The notes beneath the pieces are model-generated. The model searched no databases. It was not told the origin of the DNA and saw nothing but the letters and a program-made list of their open reading frames with translations. 64,000 bases of DNA from Lama guanicoe (Eukaryota). This document shows, piece after piece, positions 10,006 through 22,577 of the stretch. The stretch covers positions 14,622,460-14,686,459 of the forward strand of contig MU054908.1 of the NCBI GenBank assembly GCA_013239625.1, written 5' to 3'. The translations under genes were made by a program, and so were the position numbers. How positions within the stretch are numbered: position 1 is the stretch's first letter; each line of letters opens with the position of its first letter.

Positions 10006-12439
10006 TACTTTCAGAAGAAAAGGCAGCTTCCATTTGTTTTTGTGATTTACTAATACAAAACACTTCAATGGGCTTGGCAGTTACTGTGAGATCGAATACC
10101 TAAACTAATAACTGAATGCTATTTCACTTAAATTAAAAACTCAAAGAGGCTCTTTTCAGATCTCCAAGTCCTTAAAAAGTTTGAAGAATGTTTCTAAAAT
10201 GCAACATTGCTTGTGCTCATCTTAAAGCCATTTAGGGGCTGTACGAGTCTAAGAATTCCAGGTCCTCAGGATGATTTATAATGCATAGAGTGTATGCTCT
10301 CAGCAGTGTTTTTCCTCTCTTCTTGACGTCAGTTGCCATTTGTAAGGGTTGCCAAGGTAATGACCAGACACATCTAAAGACAGGCTTGCAAGAAAGGACA
10401 GCATACTTATTTTTTCTCTTTTAGCATCAAATACATTTAAAATTCATAACACATTCAGTTTGATGAAATTCTACTTCACAGAGAACGAAACTTTCACAGT
10501 ACAGATAAGAACCCTCCCACTTCCCCTAACCCTTGTCTTTGCAGCTCTGCTTTTAATGACTGGAGTGGTTCAAAAACTGCATACAGACTTTTAAACTTGC
10601 CATGTTGTTTTTTTTTTTTTCTGGGAAAAAAATGTGAGATGGTACTGGCTGTATTTTATAAAATTATTTTGGTAAAGTCAATAGAAAGACCTAGTTTTCC
10701 TCAAAAAGGAATATTTCCAAAAGGAATATTTCACATTCCTTGGTAAGTATGTGATTTTTAAAAATTAATCAAGAAATAATACTTGGGGTTATCGATCAAC
10801 ATGGTTAATCGATATGTTTCTAGTGGAACAGATTTGTCACATCACACTAATTCGAAGATTTATATCAATAAAAGAGTAAGTTTTGCAACTTTACACACTG
10901 ACAGATACATTTTTGTTTTATGGCAGTGATAAGTAAACCACTGTGGGTTGAGGAGGAACCTATCACAGTTAAGTTGAGTTTCAGTCTGTTTTGAAATGAA
11001 TTCAACCTGATACTAGAAAATTATGTTCAGGCATACACTTCAATATTCTATTTCTGTTGGTGGCTCTTTTGTCTCAAAATAAGTTCTCACTATTGTGTAC
11101 TCTTAAGTGTGTGTGTTTTGGCATTACTGAAATTCATGTATTTACTTTTCAAATTAAATTCAAAACATTAAACAAAAGTCATTTTCTAAGGAAATCCTTT
11201 ATGTTTGAACAAACGTTTAAAAGTATTTCATACAACACACAGGGATTTTTTTGTTCTTGAGTATGTTTGCCCTATAGGAGGCCAGTATAGTGGGTCAGAA
11301 ACACATCTGTCCTCAAACACACTTTGATTCTCTTAATAACCCGTTGTGAATTTGATTATCCAACATATTTACCTTTTTCGAGACTGTTTCTATTTTCAGT
11401 CTGAACCACTTTCATTAACTTTGTACCAAGTGTATCAGGTTGTAACTTATCTCCTTTTATGCATCTTAGAATTGTAAGATTCAAGCTTCAAATCATGTGC
11501 CCTTCCGCTATGGAGTCTGATGGAAAATTCACCATTCACCCAGTCTACTCCTTTTCTTACTTAGTGGGATGCAATCACACACTTTTCTGAGACTCCAGCC
11601 CAGGATTCAGAGTCCAAACCCCTGGAGGTCATTCTCTCTCCTTTGGTTATTTTGGAACTTCCCCAGCTCTGTTATGTGTTCCTTGAGAATAAACAGCATT
11701 TGATCCATGTGTACAAATGGATTTTAGCTTGATCCTTAAAACAAATGAATGGATTAATAAATGCTGAATGGTAACATATTCATGGGTAGAGAAATTGCTG
11801 ATGTGGGAAATGGGCGGAGAGGAGAAAAACCATGATCCAAAATGCCTGCTGGGTTGTTACCTTCCTCAAATTTTCCAAACCTCTGTTTTCCTTGAATTTT
11901 AAGGGTAAGAGACATCTATTAATGCATCCGTTATGGGCAAGCTTGTGACAGGTAATCAGTCACGGAGTATGACTGAGCCCCTGATTTGGTGCCTGGCACT
12001 GCTCCAGGATATTACAGAATTTGTGCCTTCTTGTGGCTTTCCCAACTACCAAGCTTCAGAGACCATGTGATGAAAACCAGTACGACCCTCTGACTCAGGC
12101 AAAATCTGTCCCTCCCTAAACTCCTATTTCTCACAGATTCGCTGGCTTTGCATCCTATTTTCCAGCTCTCCTTCTCACGGTGACCTCCTCAGACCTCCTA
12201 TCTGGCTTCACCCACTCCAGCTCTGCACTTCCACACCCCACCTCACTCTCACCTGCCTATTTTGCTTAATTCTGGCAACTGCTCCCAGGGAGAGAGCCCT
12301 GCCCCAGCGCCCTGGCCCAGGGAACTACCCCAGCCCCCCTTCCTCCTCTATACACAGGCTTCCCACCAAAGGAAAGGATTAGACGTGTTAATGTCGTCCA
12401 GATAGATTTTAAATGTACAGGGGGCAGAGCTCACAGAGT

Positions 12440-12570
12440 TGAGAGCTGGGTGACCTTGGGCAAATACCTAACAATTCTGCATCTGTTTTCTCTTCAGTAA
12501 AAGAGTTAGACAATGATGTTCACTTCATGGGTTATTGGAGGGATTAAATAAATGATGCACAGAAAGGAAC
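12440..12570 (+). mobile_element. MIR SINE
   Basis: GTGACCTTGGGCAAAT...GGATTAAATAAATGATG. Confidence 0.75.
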
Positions 12571-12779
12571 TACACAGAGAAGGCTTTTAAAAAGATGGGA
12601 GCCATTGATACTTTGAGATCATCTCTGAATTATTGAGTGTCATATTTATGTGGATGTCTGAGATGGCTTCAAAACAACAGCAGCAACAAGAAGGAGGAAA
12701 TAAATTGGTTTGGCCCAGAGAAATTTAAAGTGAAAAGGAAGAAATGGCCCAACTTATCTAAACTTCTAATTTTTATGCA

Positions 12780-12990
12780 AACTCACTCAACTAACATGTA
12801 TTAAATGCTTTCTATTTGCCAGGTGTCATGCTGGCAATAGGTAGCTGAGTAGATGTTCCTCTCTTCCAGGGATGTGCAATCTAGTTGAGAAAACAATCAT
12901 GTAAATAACCATGTGGTGGTAGGTGACAAATATTGAAAGGATCATTCCTGGGAGAAGCCCTTGACTCTGCCTGGAAAGATCCGGAAAGGC
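12780..12990 (-). mobile_element. L2 3' fragment
   Basis: AACATGTATTAAATGCTTTCTATTTGCCAGG and CAATCTAGTTG. Confidence 0.6.
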
Positions 12991-13062
12991 CAAACACATG
13001 TTCTCAGTTCTCTGTAGAAGCAGCCGGGCAACGAGGAAAATTTCCCACCATTGCGCTTAGCC

Positions 13063-13333
13063 AGGGTTGAAAACTGGTAGCCGGTGAGCCATATAAGGAC
13101 TGCAGACTTGTTTTGTTTGGACTATACAGAGTCTTAAAAAAAAAAATCAAGAATACTTTACGTAAAAGGCCAGAATTATGGATTTTCCAGAAAAAAATTC
13201 CAAGATGTGATCTGGCAATTCTGAACTGTAATCAACTGGATCTAGACTAGCTGCTTTCAGTTTATTTTATAACCAAAGCACTTGACCCCTGTCTGACCCG
13301 CCCAGCTTCTGTAGGCATTTGAGAGGTCAGCCT
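13063..13333 (+). mobile_element. MER102-like hAT-Charlie element
   Basis: GCAGACTTGTTTTGTTTGG, ATCTGGCAA and terminal CTGTAGGCATTTGAG. Confidence 0.7.
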
Positions 13334-13696
13334 TTCAACCAAACACACCTGGGTCCAAATCCCACTTTAACCACCAATTGTATTGCCTTCAGCAGATGAC
13401 CCTCGGCTACCTGGCTGTTAAATGGGATCAATAATATCACTTTTGCCTTCTTAAGAGAGTGCATGCTAGGAGAGCATGGATTGGAGCAGCGTTTTTCAAA
13501 ACATAAAACAACAAACACTAGGTGGGACACCTGAGACAAACACAATGTTGTCAATCAACTATTCTTCAATTTAAAAAAAATTGACAACTTTAGTCAGTAT
13601 CACCCAAAAAAGTACTTCTCAATATTTACTGTGCATCTGAGCCATCTGTGTATTCTGCAGCCTGTGCTGTCAAGTCAAAGGGCTGTGTTATCTAAC

Positions 13697-13885
13697 ACAA
13701 TCCAATGCAGCAGTCACTAGTCAGCTGTGACTATTTAAATTTCAATTAATTAAAATTCAGTTCCTCCATCACACTAATCACATTTCAAGTGCTCAGTAGC
13801 CACGCGTGGCCCGTGGCTACCTCACTGGACTGTGCGGTTCTAGAGCGTTTCCACCAGCATGGAAAGTTCCATTAGCCAGTGCTAT
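13697..13885 (-). mobile_element. MER3 hAT-Charlie element
   Basis: AATTCAGTTCCTC...CACATTTCAAGTGCTCAGTAGCCAC...GAAAGTTCCATT. Confidence 0.85.
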
Positions 13886-14324
13886 AGACAACGTTGCCCA
13901 GTAAGGCCACCTGAGATCACCCGATCATCTGGAGGGTGTAATTTTGTTTAACCTACTACATTTTATTGATTCGGGTTCCAAGTCTTTAAAAGTAGATGAT
14001 AATGTCTAGAAGATTGTTAAGTGGCAAAAGATTTTTGTCCTACAGAGATAAAAAAAATGATTTTTTGTCCAATAGAAAAAAACCCCTACAGGTTTTAGTT
14101 TTCTTGTTCTGTAGGACATTAGTCAGTCTTATCTATCTCATTCACAGTCTTTTTTGGGATTCTTTTCTTCCACCGTTGAGGGGCACGTGCACACAGTACA
14201 CACAATCATCCTCTCTTCTAAACAAGCTGGTTCCCTCACAAATGAGGTAAGCACATCTTGGACATTATATATTTGTATGAAGATCATGTTTCTAACTTTT
14301 AGAAATCTGTACTATTAAAATTTA

Positions 14325-14485
14325 TACTTTGGGCAAACCATTTAACCTGCAAAGCCTCACTGAGGGATTATTTCTAAAATGGGGATTTTCCTCATAGGGT
14401 TCTTAAGAATTAAATGGGATAATGAATATAAAACACTTAAGGCTCCCCTTGGCCTGTAAAAATTGCCAAACAAATGTTAGGTGTT
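14325..14485 (+). mobile_element. MIR SINE
   Basis: TTGGGCAAACCATTTAACCT, TAAAATGGGGAT and CCTCATAGGGTT. Confidence 0.75.
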
Positions 14486-15892
14486 ACGATGATCATGTAA
14501 AAAGGCTTTGTCAGCATGTTTCTAGATGTCTAAGCAACCCAATTCCTAATTTCCTGGAGCTCCACTCAATCTCTGGAAGTCCCAAATGTATTCTGGGCAC
14601 AAGGCCTGTGTCTCACAACTTTGGCCTCCCTCTGTCTGCACTCAGCACCTTTTCACCCTTTCTGCAGCAATGGGAGACGTTTTCTGGCCACTATCTGGCT
14701 TCAAATTGTGAGAAAGTCTTCCAGGCTGAGAACAACTGAAAATCCTCTTCTCCCTCCGGATGCCCAGCTCTCTTCCCCTACTCCCTCTCCTGTGCCCCTT
14801 CCTCACTGACTCCACACTTCCTCCCTTCCTCACTCTGTAAACACTCCCTCAGGCTGTTGCCTGCCATCCCTCCAGACTTAACTCTTTAATCGCTAAAGAC
14901 CCTTCTCGCAGAACATTGTCCAAATTTGCAACATTCTTATCCTCTGGGATGCAGAATTGTTCACAGAATTTCCCTCCCCTTTCCCTTAAGCCTCCTACAA
15001 TATCCATTTGTACCATTGAGATGTGAAGTTAAATTTTTGTTGTTGTTAATACTGGGAATGGTGTCACAGAGAATTTTTCTCTAGCTCAGAACTGTTTATT
15101 GAGGATCTTCTATATGTGCAACACATATATTCTTTATCATCTAAGGAACCACTCAACACAGAAAAGAGAGAGGAAAGTTTTGTTCTCTATTTTTCAAAAT
15201 TTGTACAACCAGACTAAGAAAACTCAGTCTATAATATAACTTGACAGGGTCTTGGCACAGAAGCACAGTTCAGACTTTCGCAATAAAGATAGTAAAGACA
15301 GTGTTGAGTTAGAGAGAATGAAATAGAGATGTCTGAGAAAGATCAGCAGACCACTCAGAGCTTTCTAGAGTGGACTTCCAGGGTCAAAAGGGTACTCCTC
15401 AGCTTTATGGGCCCAGAAACTCCATTTTTGGTTTAGACATTAGAATCTTGTGAGGAATGTTTGGTCAGATATCTGAAAATTGGAATGGAATATGTTTTAT
15501 CTTCAGGGATAGTAGGGTGGAGAGAGGCAAAGAAAGCTTAAATTCAGTTTGAAGCTAATACTCTACTGAGAAAGGATTATTGTGGATGAATCGGAACTAG
15601 TTGGCACGCAAGGAACTCAAAGAGGAGCTGAAGTATGAACTGATATGAAAGTTAGTTGAATGTTGATTGCATCCCAGTGACCACCAGGTAGGAGCAGACA
15701 GAGTAGGAGGAGTCTGGAAGGAAAAATACCAAACTTTAACTGTGGTTATCTGTAAAGGAGTGAGATTTCAGACATCTTTCATTTTATATTTGGTATATTT
15801 CTGAATTGTTTGAATTTTTTGATATATAAGCCTTAATTTTTTAATAAGTACAGGTACTGTAAATTTCAGGCATCTTTAAAAAGAGGTAGGTG

Positions 15893-16135
15893 GTAAATTG
15901 GGAGTTCGAAATTTGCAGATACTAATATAAATAAAATAGATAAACAACAAGTTTATATTGTATAGCACAGGGAACTATATTCAAGATCTTGTAGTTACCT
16001 ATAATGAAAAAGAGTATGAAAGGAATGTATGTATGTATATGTATGACTGAAACATGATGCTGTACACCAGAAATGGACGCAACATTGTAAACTGACTATA
16101 TACTACAATAAAAAGGATGCAAAAAGTAAATAAAT
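15893..16135 (+). mobile_element. Lineage-specific (camelid/cetartiodactyl) L1 3' end with TSD
   Basis: TATAGCACAGGGAACTATATTCAA...TGCTGTACACCAGAAAT with A-rich tail; TSD AAAAAGAGGTAGGTG (15878-15892) / AAAAAGAGTTAGGTG (16136-16150) at a TTT/AAAAA endonuclease site. Confidence 0.92.
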
Positions 16136-17477
16136 AAAAAGAGTTAGGTGTGAGGAAGAAAGTTGATGTCAGGAAATACGGCTATTATATTTAAAATGCA
16201 CTGTCCGTGTGGCCAAGATAGTGAAGGAGGAGGGCTTTGGAGGCACCTGAGGTGTGTACATATTGCAGAAGTGCTCATTCTCAAAATAATTTAAAAGGTT
16301 TTTAGAAGTATTTGATTATTTAAGATATGTGCATGAATAACTGATGAACATGAAATCTTGGGAAAAAATGCTCTGTGTGATAAATGCCTTTCCTGTGGTT
16401 TTGAAAATTTTTTTAATGTAATCAATTTTCGAATATAATTTTTACTTCACATTGAGTCTGCAGCTTGTCATTTGTTTTCCTTTTGAGGTCTTCACCACTA
16501 CATGGAAAAGTATCCCAAAGTTCCAGAGACAAAGCAGAGATTGTCTTTTGAAATTAGAAAGCACAAAATCTTTCAGTGATGAGTGGAAGATAGATTTTAG
16601 TAGAGTAAATGATAACATGGTTGGGGAAAAAAGGTAAAATCTATGTTAGAACATGCTTTCAGCCTTTTATGCATACCTTTAGGGTTACCTACACAAAGCT
16701 GAATTGACACACACACACCTCCTACTAAGAAAAGCTATAGATATTTATCCTCTTTACACTTAACAATGCATGTGAATAGAACCTAAAACTATGGTCAGTT
16801 ACTTTCACTCTGCTTTGAACACAAGGTAGAAATGAGTCCAGAGAAAACATGAAGTGTGCTTTCCCAGAGTCCAATCCTGCCATAGAACACAGTGAATGTT
16901 GTCCTCTGGGAGAGAGGCAAGCCATTAAAATTCAGAGAACAGATTCTCAACACTGGCAAGCTATTTTTAGCACAAGCTGTAGCTTAATTTGGAATCCAAC
17001 CAGTCGAGGTCTTGCCTTTTTCTTGAATTGATTTTTTTTTTAATGACAATAGATAGCTATACACATGGAAAAGGAGTTCTCCAAAAGAAGCATTTAAAAT
17101 GTTCTTGAAGAATATATATTGTAAAACCGGTTGAAAAAAAGGTTCATGTTAAGGCTTTGGTAGTTTTTGTGTATCTGTAGACTTTTTTTTTTTTTAATTT
17201 ATAGTGTCTGGCCCTAAAAAAAGGAAAGATGCTTTTAATTGGTTTATTCAACCACAGTTTTAGGGGAAGCCAACCTGCACAGGTACCTGAGAGAATAGGA
17301 GCTCTGCCTTGATGCCAGATGCCTGGCCGGGGAGGCCTGACCACAATAAAGATGTGGGGAGTCTCTTGGCTTCCAGGAGGCTGAGCTGCTCATGCTCAAA
17401 AGGATCTCCCTGGGTAGCCAGACCCCTGTTCTATCAGCTGTGATGACTTGGCTGCTGCAAGGATCCTCCTCCTGACT

Positions 17478-17655
17478 GTCCATTATTGAGTCTAAATTCT
17501 AATTCTAATTCATTAAGATAAAATAAAAAATGAATGTCCTCAGTCACACTAGCCACATTTCAAGTGCTCAGCAGCTGCATGTGGCTAGTGGGCAACTATA
17601 CTGGGCAGTGTAGAGCCTTTTCATCATGACAGAAAATTCCACTGGACAGCAGTGG
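17478..17655 (-). mobile_element. MER3 hAT-Charlie element
   Basis: CCTCAGTCACACTAGCCACATTTCAAGTGCTCAGCAGC...ATGTGGCTAGTGG. Confidence 0.85.
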
Positions 17656-17771
17656 TCTACACCAATGACAAAATATTAGGCAGTTTTTTGAAAAGCACTC
17701 CATAGGGAATCAAGAGACCCAGAATATGGTGCTATTCAAGCCTATATATATATTTTGTTTTTGGACAAGGT

Positions 17772-17978
17772 CTTATATAGTGTTTACTATGTACCAAGTA
17801 AAATTTTAAGCACTTTATAAAATCATTTAATCCTCTCAACTACCCCCATTTTCCAGATGAGGAGATTGAGGCACAAAGATATTAACTTACTGAGCCAGTA
17901 AGAGATAGAGGCCAGCTATGAACCCAGGCATTCTGCCTTCAGAGTCTGTGGTCTTAACTACTACAGAATGCTGCCTTT
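17772..17978 (-). mobile_element. MIR SINE, apparently nested in a MIR3-like copy (~17690-18085)
   Basis: CCCCATTTTCCAGATGAGGAGATTGAGGCACA and TGAACCCAGGCA. Confidence 0.8.
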
Positions 17979-19187
17979 CTGAAAATCTAAGTGATCTGAG
18001 TAAATTGTTTTACCTCACACATCAAATGAGGAAAGCAGACCGAACACCACCTAAGGTCCTTTCCACTGCCAGTGGTCTAGGATTCATTCACGCACGTGGT
18101 GGTTGTTGAGTGTCACTCTGGGTAGGGAGTGCGTGAGAAGCTGGGCACTCACATCCACAAGCACAGCAGACACGGTCCCTCATGGTGAGAGAAGCAGACC
18201 TTCCTCAGACACAAATACATGCACAACTGCCACGGGGAGCAGTGTGACAAAGGACTGGCCTTCAGTACTGAGAGTGTTTAAGAGACTTGACCCATTCAGA
18301 GGGGCCAGACAGGGTTCTTTTCAGCAGGTGAAACTTGAGCAGTACAACCAACATCCAGGGGAGGGGTGATCAGGGGTCCTCCACTGTCCTGGCTGCTGCC
18401 ATGCAGGGAGGGTCAGCTGTGCCCCACCCCGTGGTGCTGGGTTCACCATAGGTCTCTTTGGGTCAGGGTGTGAGGGAGAGGGTGAGGTTTGGAGTCTTGG
18501 GGGAGCAGCACCACAGAGAAGCAAAATTTGCCCTCCCTCAGGGCATTCTTCTCCCTGGTTTACCCAGATTCATGTCTCCTAGGCAACCAGGGCATGTGCC
18601 TACGTCAGAGTTAAAAATGGAAGGCAAGCTAACATCTGTAATAGGGACCAAAACTGACTGGGGTTTCAGTCTGTGCACAACTTAAACACAGGAGCTACCT
18701 GAGTGCATGCCTGTGTCTGTAACACAGTGGGTGACATGGCAAGTATGTGCAAAAACTAAGCTAGGAAACTTCGGGTTAGAGATTCACTTCAGGAATTCTG
18801 ACTACAGAGATTTTGCTCCAGAAAGAGCACTGATTCCCAACTCTGTAAGTGGGAAGTTCTGTTAAAGGGGGAAAAAATTAAAAGGAAAGAAAAGAGCAAA
18901 TAGGAACCTTTGTTCTGAAGAGGCTTTTTCTCCTCCTCTCACTTTTCTGCTGTGAGTTTTCCCCAAGGCTCAGACCTCAGTCTCCTCTTGAGCAAACTCA
19001 TTTGATTTATTGGCTTTAAGCAGCTCATCAGTAGCTGGTGCAAATGTGGACAGGAGGCCAACAGGGAGACAGCCTATTCTGGCCTTGAGCCTGGACACTA
19101 GGAAGAAAGGCTGGCTTCCGAGAGTTAACTGCCATGCAAGAGCAGTGGCTCAGAGGAGGGACTCATCCTACAGAGACACCTTAGAAT

Positions 19188-19380
19188 GAGGGCTGCAAAC
19201 TCAGTGCCTACAGTGGCAAGACAGGTGACAGAAACGAGTGATGCGGGCTGGATAGAGTTCATGATGAACTGAAGGCTGTGTGCTGCTTCTGTTACTCCAG
19301 CCAGTCGTTGCCGAATTTCTTTTTTCTATTTCGTTCTTTCTTTTTTTAAAAAGAGAAGTCAGAAGTCTGTGTTTTCATTG
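19188..19380 (-). mobile_element. MER102-like element
   Basis: AGGGCTGCAAACTCAGTGCCTACAG is the reverse complement of the MER102 terminus. Confidence 0.65.
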
Positions 19381-19984
19381 AACTGTGTGCAACTGATGTT
19401 GTAGGATAAGTGGCAAAAATCCACGTCTGCAGGACAGATGTGGTCTTCTGCTCCTAAGACTTGACAGTCTCATCATGTCTAAAGAAAGAAGCTGCTTAGG
19501 AGGAGGACAGGGGCCAGAAGAAAAGAAAAATGAGGGGAGGGTGAGCAGAGGCTGAGGGTCTGTAATACTGCAGTACTGGGTAAGTAGAGCAGGGGAATCC
19601 ACCCTACGTAGCAGGTGTGTATTGAGTCACCTGTGTGGCTGAATGCCTCCGATGATTACGGCTTGATATATCATCAGCTGCTAGAATTATTCGGCTAACA
19701 CTAGTCACTCCAGCTTGGTGCTCACCATGCTACTCCCGCTTGTCATTTGGTTTCCCAAGCTCTGTCCACAGACAGAGAATGCAAATATGAATATTCAGTT
19801 TAGTTGGTAGTTTTACTTCACCTCCTAGAATAACAAAGAAGCATTCGGATTTTACAAATTCATCTCTTTTGGTTAAACCGGTACCTCATCATCTAAGACA
19901 TGCTTGATAATTAAATTTCTTTGTGATGATCATATATATGATGATAAAGATATATCTAAGATATATATATATATATACACACAT

Positions 19985-20730
19985 CTCAGGTCTTAGATCT
20001 AGAATCACTCATTCCTCCAAGGAGCCTTGTCTTTTTGAGTGGGAAATGGTATTTAAAGGCCACAGTCTGTGCTGTCATTACATCTAGGCCTTTTCAGTGG
20101 TCAGAGCTAGGAAGCACATATTTCTGTAAACTTAAAGAAATCACAGGCACACACTGATATTTCCGATTCAGATTTAACATTACAGGGATAACATTATAGG
20201 GCTATATATATATATACACAAAATATAATATATTACTGTGGAAGATCTTGATTCCTAACAGCATTAACATAGTTATCTGCTTTATCCTGCAATATAAAAA
20301 ATAGTTGCAAAATAACACTAATATTACTGTTAACAATAAAACTATTTAATGCATGAAGTTTATGATTTCTCTGCAGCTCAGTGTGTCTTTAGAATGCATT
20401 CCATTGATGATGTACAGTCAAAATGCTGGCTTAATAACTTGAAGTAATTTTCTCTGTGTAATTATATCACTGACTTGATACATAATTAAAAACAATGGAA
20501 CATTCATTTTAATTCTTTTTTCATTTTTAGGGACTGCTTTTTCTTTTTTATTTATCTTTTGGATATGTAAAATATTAACAAGATGCTAAAACTATGTAAT
20601 AAAGTCTATTCTGGGAAGAATTACTCCCATCTGCATTTTTATTAGTTTTGATTTACCTTTGCAGTATTTTGTTTTGCAAATATGAGCAGATAGGTATCTA
20701 TTTTAACCTTATTCCCTTCTTATACGCTAC
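19985..20730 (-). mobile_element. Old L1 3' UTR (L1MC4-like)
   Basis: CTCCAAGGAGCC...AATGGTATTTA...CTAGGCCTTTTCAGTGGTCAGAGCTAGGA; same family as 51080-52900. Confidence 0.75.
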
Positions 20731-21099
20731 TGAAAGGAGGGGTAATTGTGGGAGACACACTGCTCTGGGTGCTGCCACTCCAGTGACAGGTCAGATGTGC
20801 CCACGTGTCCCCCATGGTGGTGTGATTGTCATGGGGCTGTGTGAGTGAGAGCACTCTGGTTATATTTTAAAATGTTCAAATTTGTCTCTTCCATGTGGAC
20901 ACAGTCAGTTAAAGTTCATTATGTATTAAGCCAAAGCATCAGCCTTTCCCTCAAACTAACTCTGCCTCTAAACTTCCCTGTATCTATTCTCAGCACCTCA
21001 GTTCTCCTAATTACCCAGTATCAAAACTTTGGTCAACTTGGACTTCTCCATTCTGGGTAGTCTTCATACTCTATCAGTCACTAAGACATTTGACATCAA

Positions 21100-22120
21100 T
21101 ATTTTCTGAGCATCAACTATATGCCAAGCACATGATAACTAGGACATGATTGGTGATTCTTTCATTGGGGAAAGACACAGAATAAATAAATGAACCCAGT
21201 GTGGTGTAAGGTGCTGTAATCAAAGTAGGCAAGAGATAGTTTGGGAGAACAAAGTGAGTACAGAAAACTCTAACAAAGGAGAACTTCACAGACGAGGTGA
21301 TGCCTGAGCTGAGTTCTGGGAGGAAGTGGGAGTAGGATTTAATCATGAGAAGAGGATGAAGATGGGAGAGAGAGTATCCCAGGCAGAGAGAGCTCAGAGG
21401 TAAATCTCGGAGAGCAGGATGTGTTTCAAGAACTACAGGGTTTTCGGTGAAATGTGAACCAACTATTTAAGAAATAAGAGTGGGGTGGGCGTTGGGAATT
21501 ACTAAATACTAATTTGCCCCCCACCTTTAATGTACTCTTTTTCATTTGTGTCAAATTAATAAAAATGAAAATTTTTTGCTTATCCAAAAAACAAAAAAAG
21601 AACTACAGGGTTTCCAATATGCATAGAGTGTTATAGTTTGGCAGAAAAAGGAAGACAATTAGAGAACTGATGCTGGGCAATTTTGGTCATCTACCACATT
21701 ACAGATTTTGGTTTTTTACCTGAACTCTCTGGGAAGCTCTTGAAGGATTTAAAATTGTATAGTGATGCAATCAGAATTGCATTTAAAAAATCACCCTGAA
21801 TATTGGTCAGAGAATGAGAATGAAATGAAAAAGGAAAAATCTGGAGGCAAGACGAATGCCACAGTTCAGGGGAGAAAAGATGGGTGCCTGAAACAAGGGC
21901 CAGGGCAGAAAAGGTGGTGGGAAGAAAACTGACTTGAGAGACACGAAGGAGACAGAACCAGTGAGACTGGCAAGTATATGGTGACTCTGGAACACCCTCA
22001 GACATCTGGGTTTGCCAACCGAGTGGATGCTGGCATTATTCACATAGAATAAAAGTACTAGAGGAGAAGCAACAGGCTGGAGGATGCACAGCAATGATGA
22101 GGGTATCCAAGTGGAATGAC
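21100..22120 (-). mobile_element. L2 LINE fragment, interrupted at 21444-21597
   Basis: Purine-rich reverse-strand L2 motifs GAGGTGATGCCTGAGCTGAG, CCCAGGCAGAG and TCAGAATTGCATTTAAAAAATCACCCTG. Confidence 0.8.
21444..21597 (+). pseudogene. Short orphan retroposed insert (3' end of a polyadenylated transcript)
   Basis: Perfect 16-bp TSD AAGAACTACAGGGTTT (21428-21443 and 21598-21613), AATAAA at 21558-21563 and an A-tail from 21586; the body matches no TE I recognise. Confidence 0.8.
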
Positions 22121-22455
22121 ACTATGAAAAAATATTCAAAAAACATCTATTGAACTTCTGCTCTATGAAAGGCACATGTTTTCTAGGATGTGATCAGCAG
22201 ACTGTAAAATAAGGGCAAGGATGTGCAGGAGTTTATTCACAGTTGAGAGACGACTACAGAGGGTGACTTAGGAAAAAAAGAGAGGGGGAAGAGCAGAGGG
22301 ATGACAGTATGGAGCTTGCATTTGAGAAATATGAAGAAAGTAACTAATCTCAAGGATCCAAATAGTTCGTTCACCCGAAATTGCTTCGTATGAATGGATG
22401 CTGAAGCCCCAGGGAGTTTCAGAGGCTGGTGAACCAAGTTCCTATCAATTCTTTT

Positions 22456-22577
22456 ACGGGTGGGTGGGCAAGGAGAATTAGGTTTATTTATTTACTTTAA
22501 TAGAGGTGCTGGGGACTGAACCCAGGACCTCGTGCATGCTCAGTATGCACTCTACCACTGAGCTACACCCACCCCCC
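22456..22577 (-). mobile_element. Camelid tRNA-Ala-derived SINE
   Basis: GAACCCAGGACCTCGTGCATGCTCAGTATGCACTCTACCACTGAGCTACACCC; TSD ATCAATTCTTTT / ATCAATTATTTT. Confidence 0.92.

Noticed and set aside
16452-16637. Open frame between a possible acceptor and donor
   Set aside because: Weak GAG acceptor and no recognisable protein similarity.
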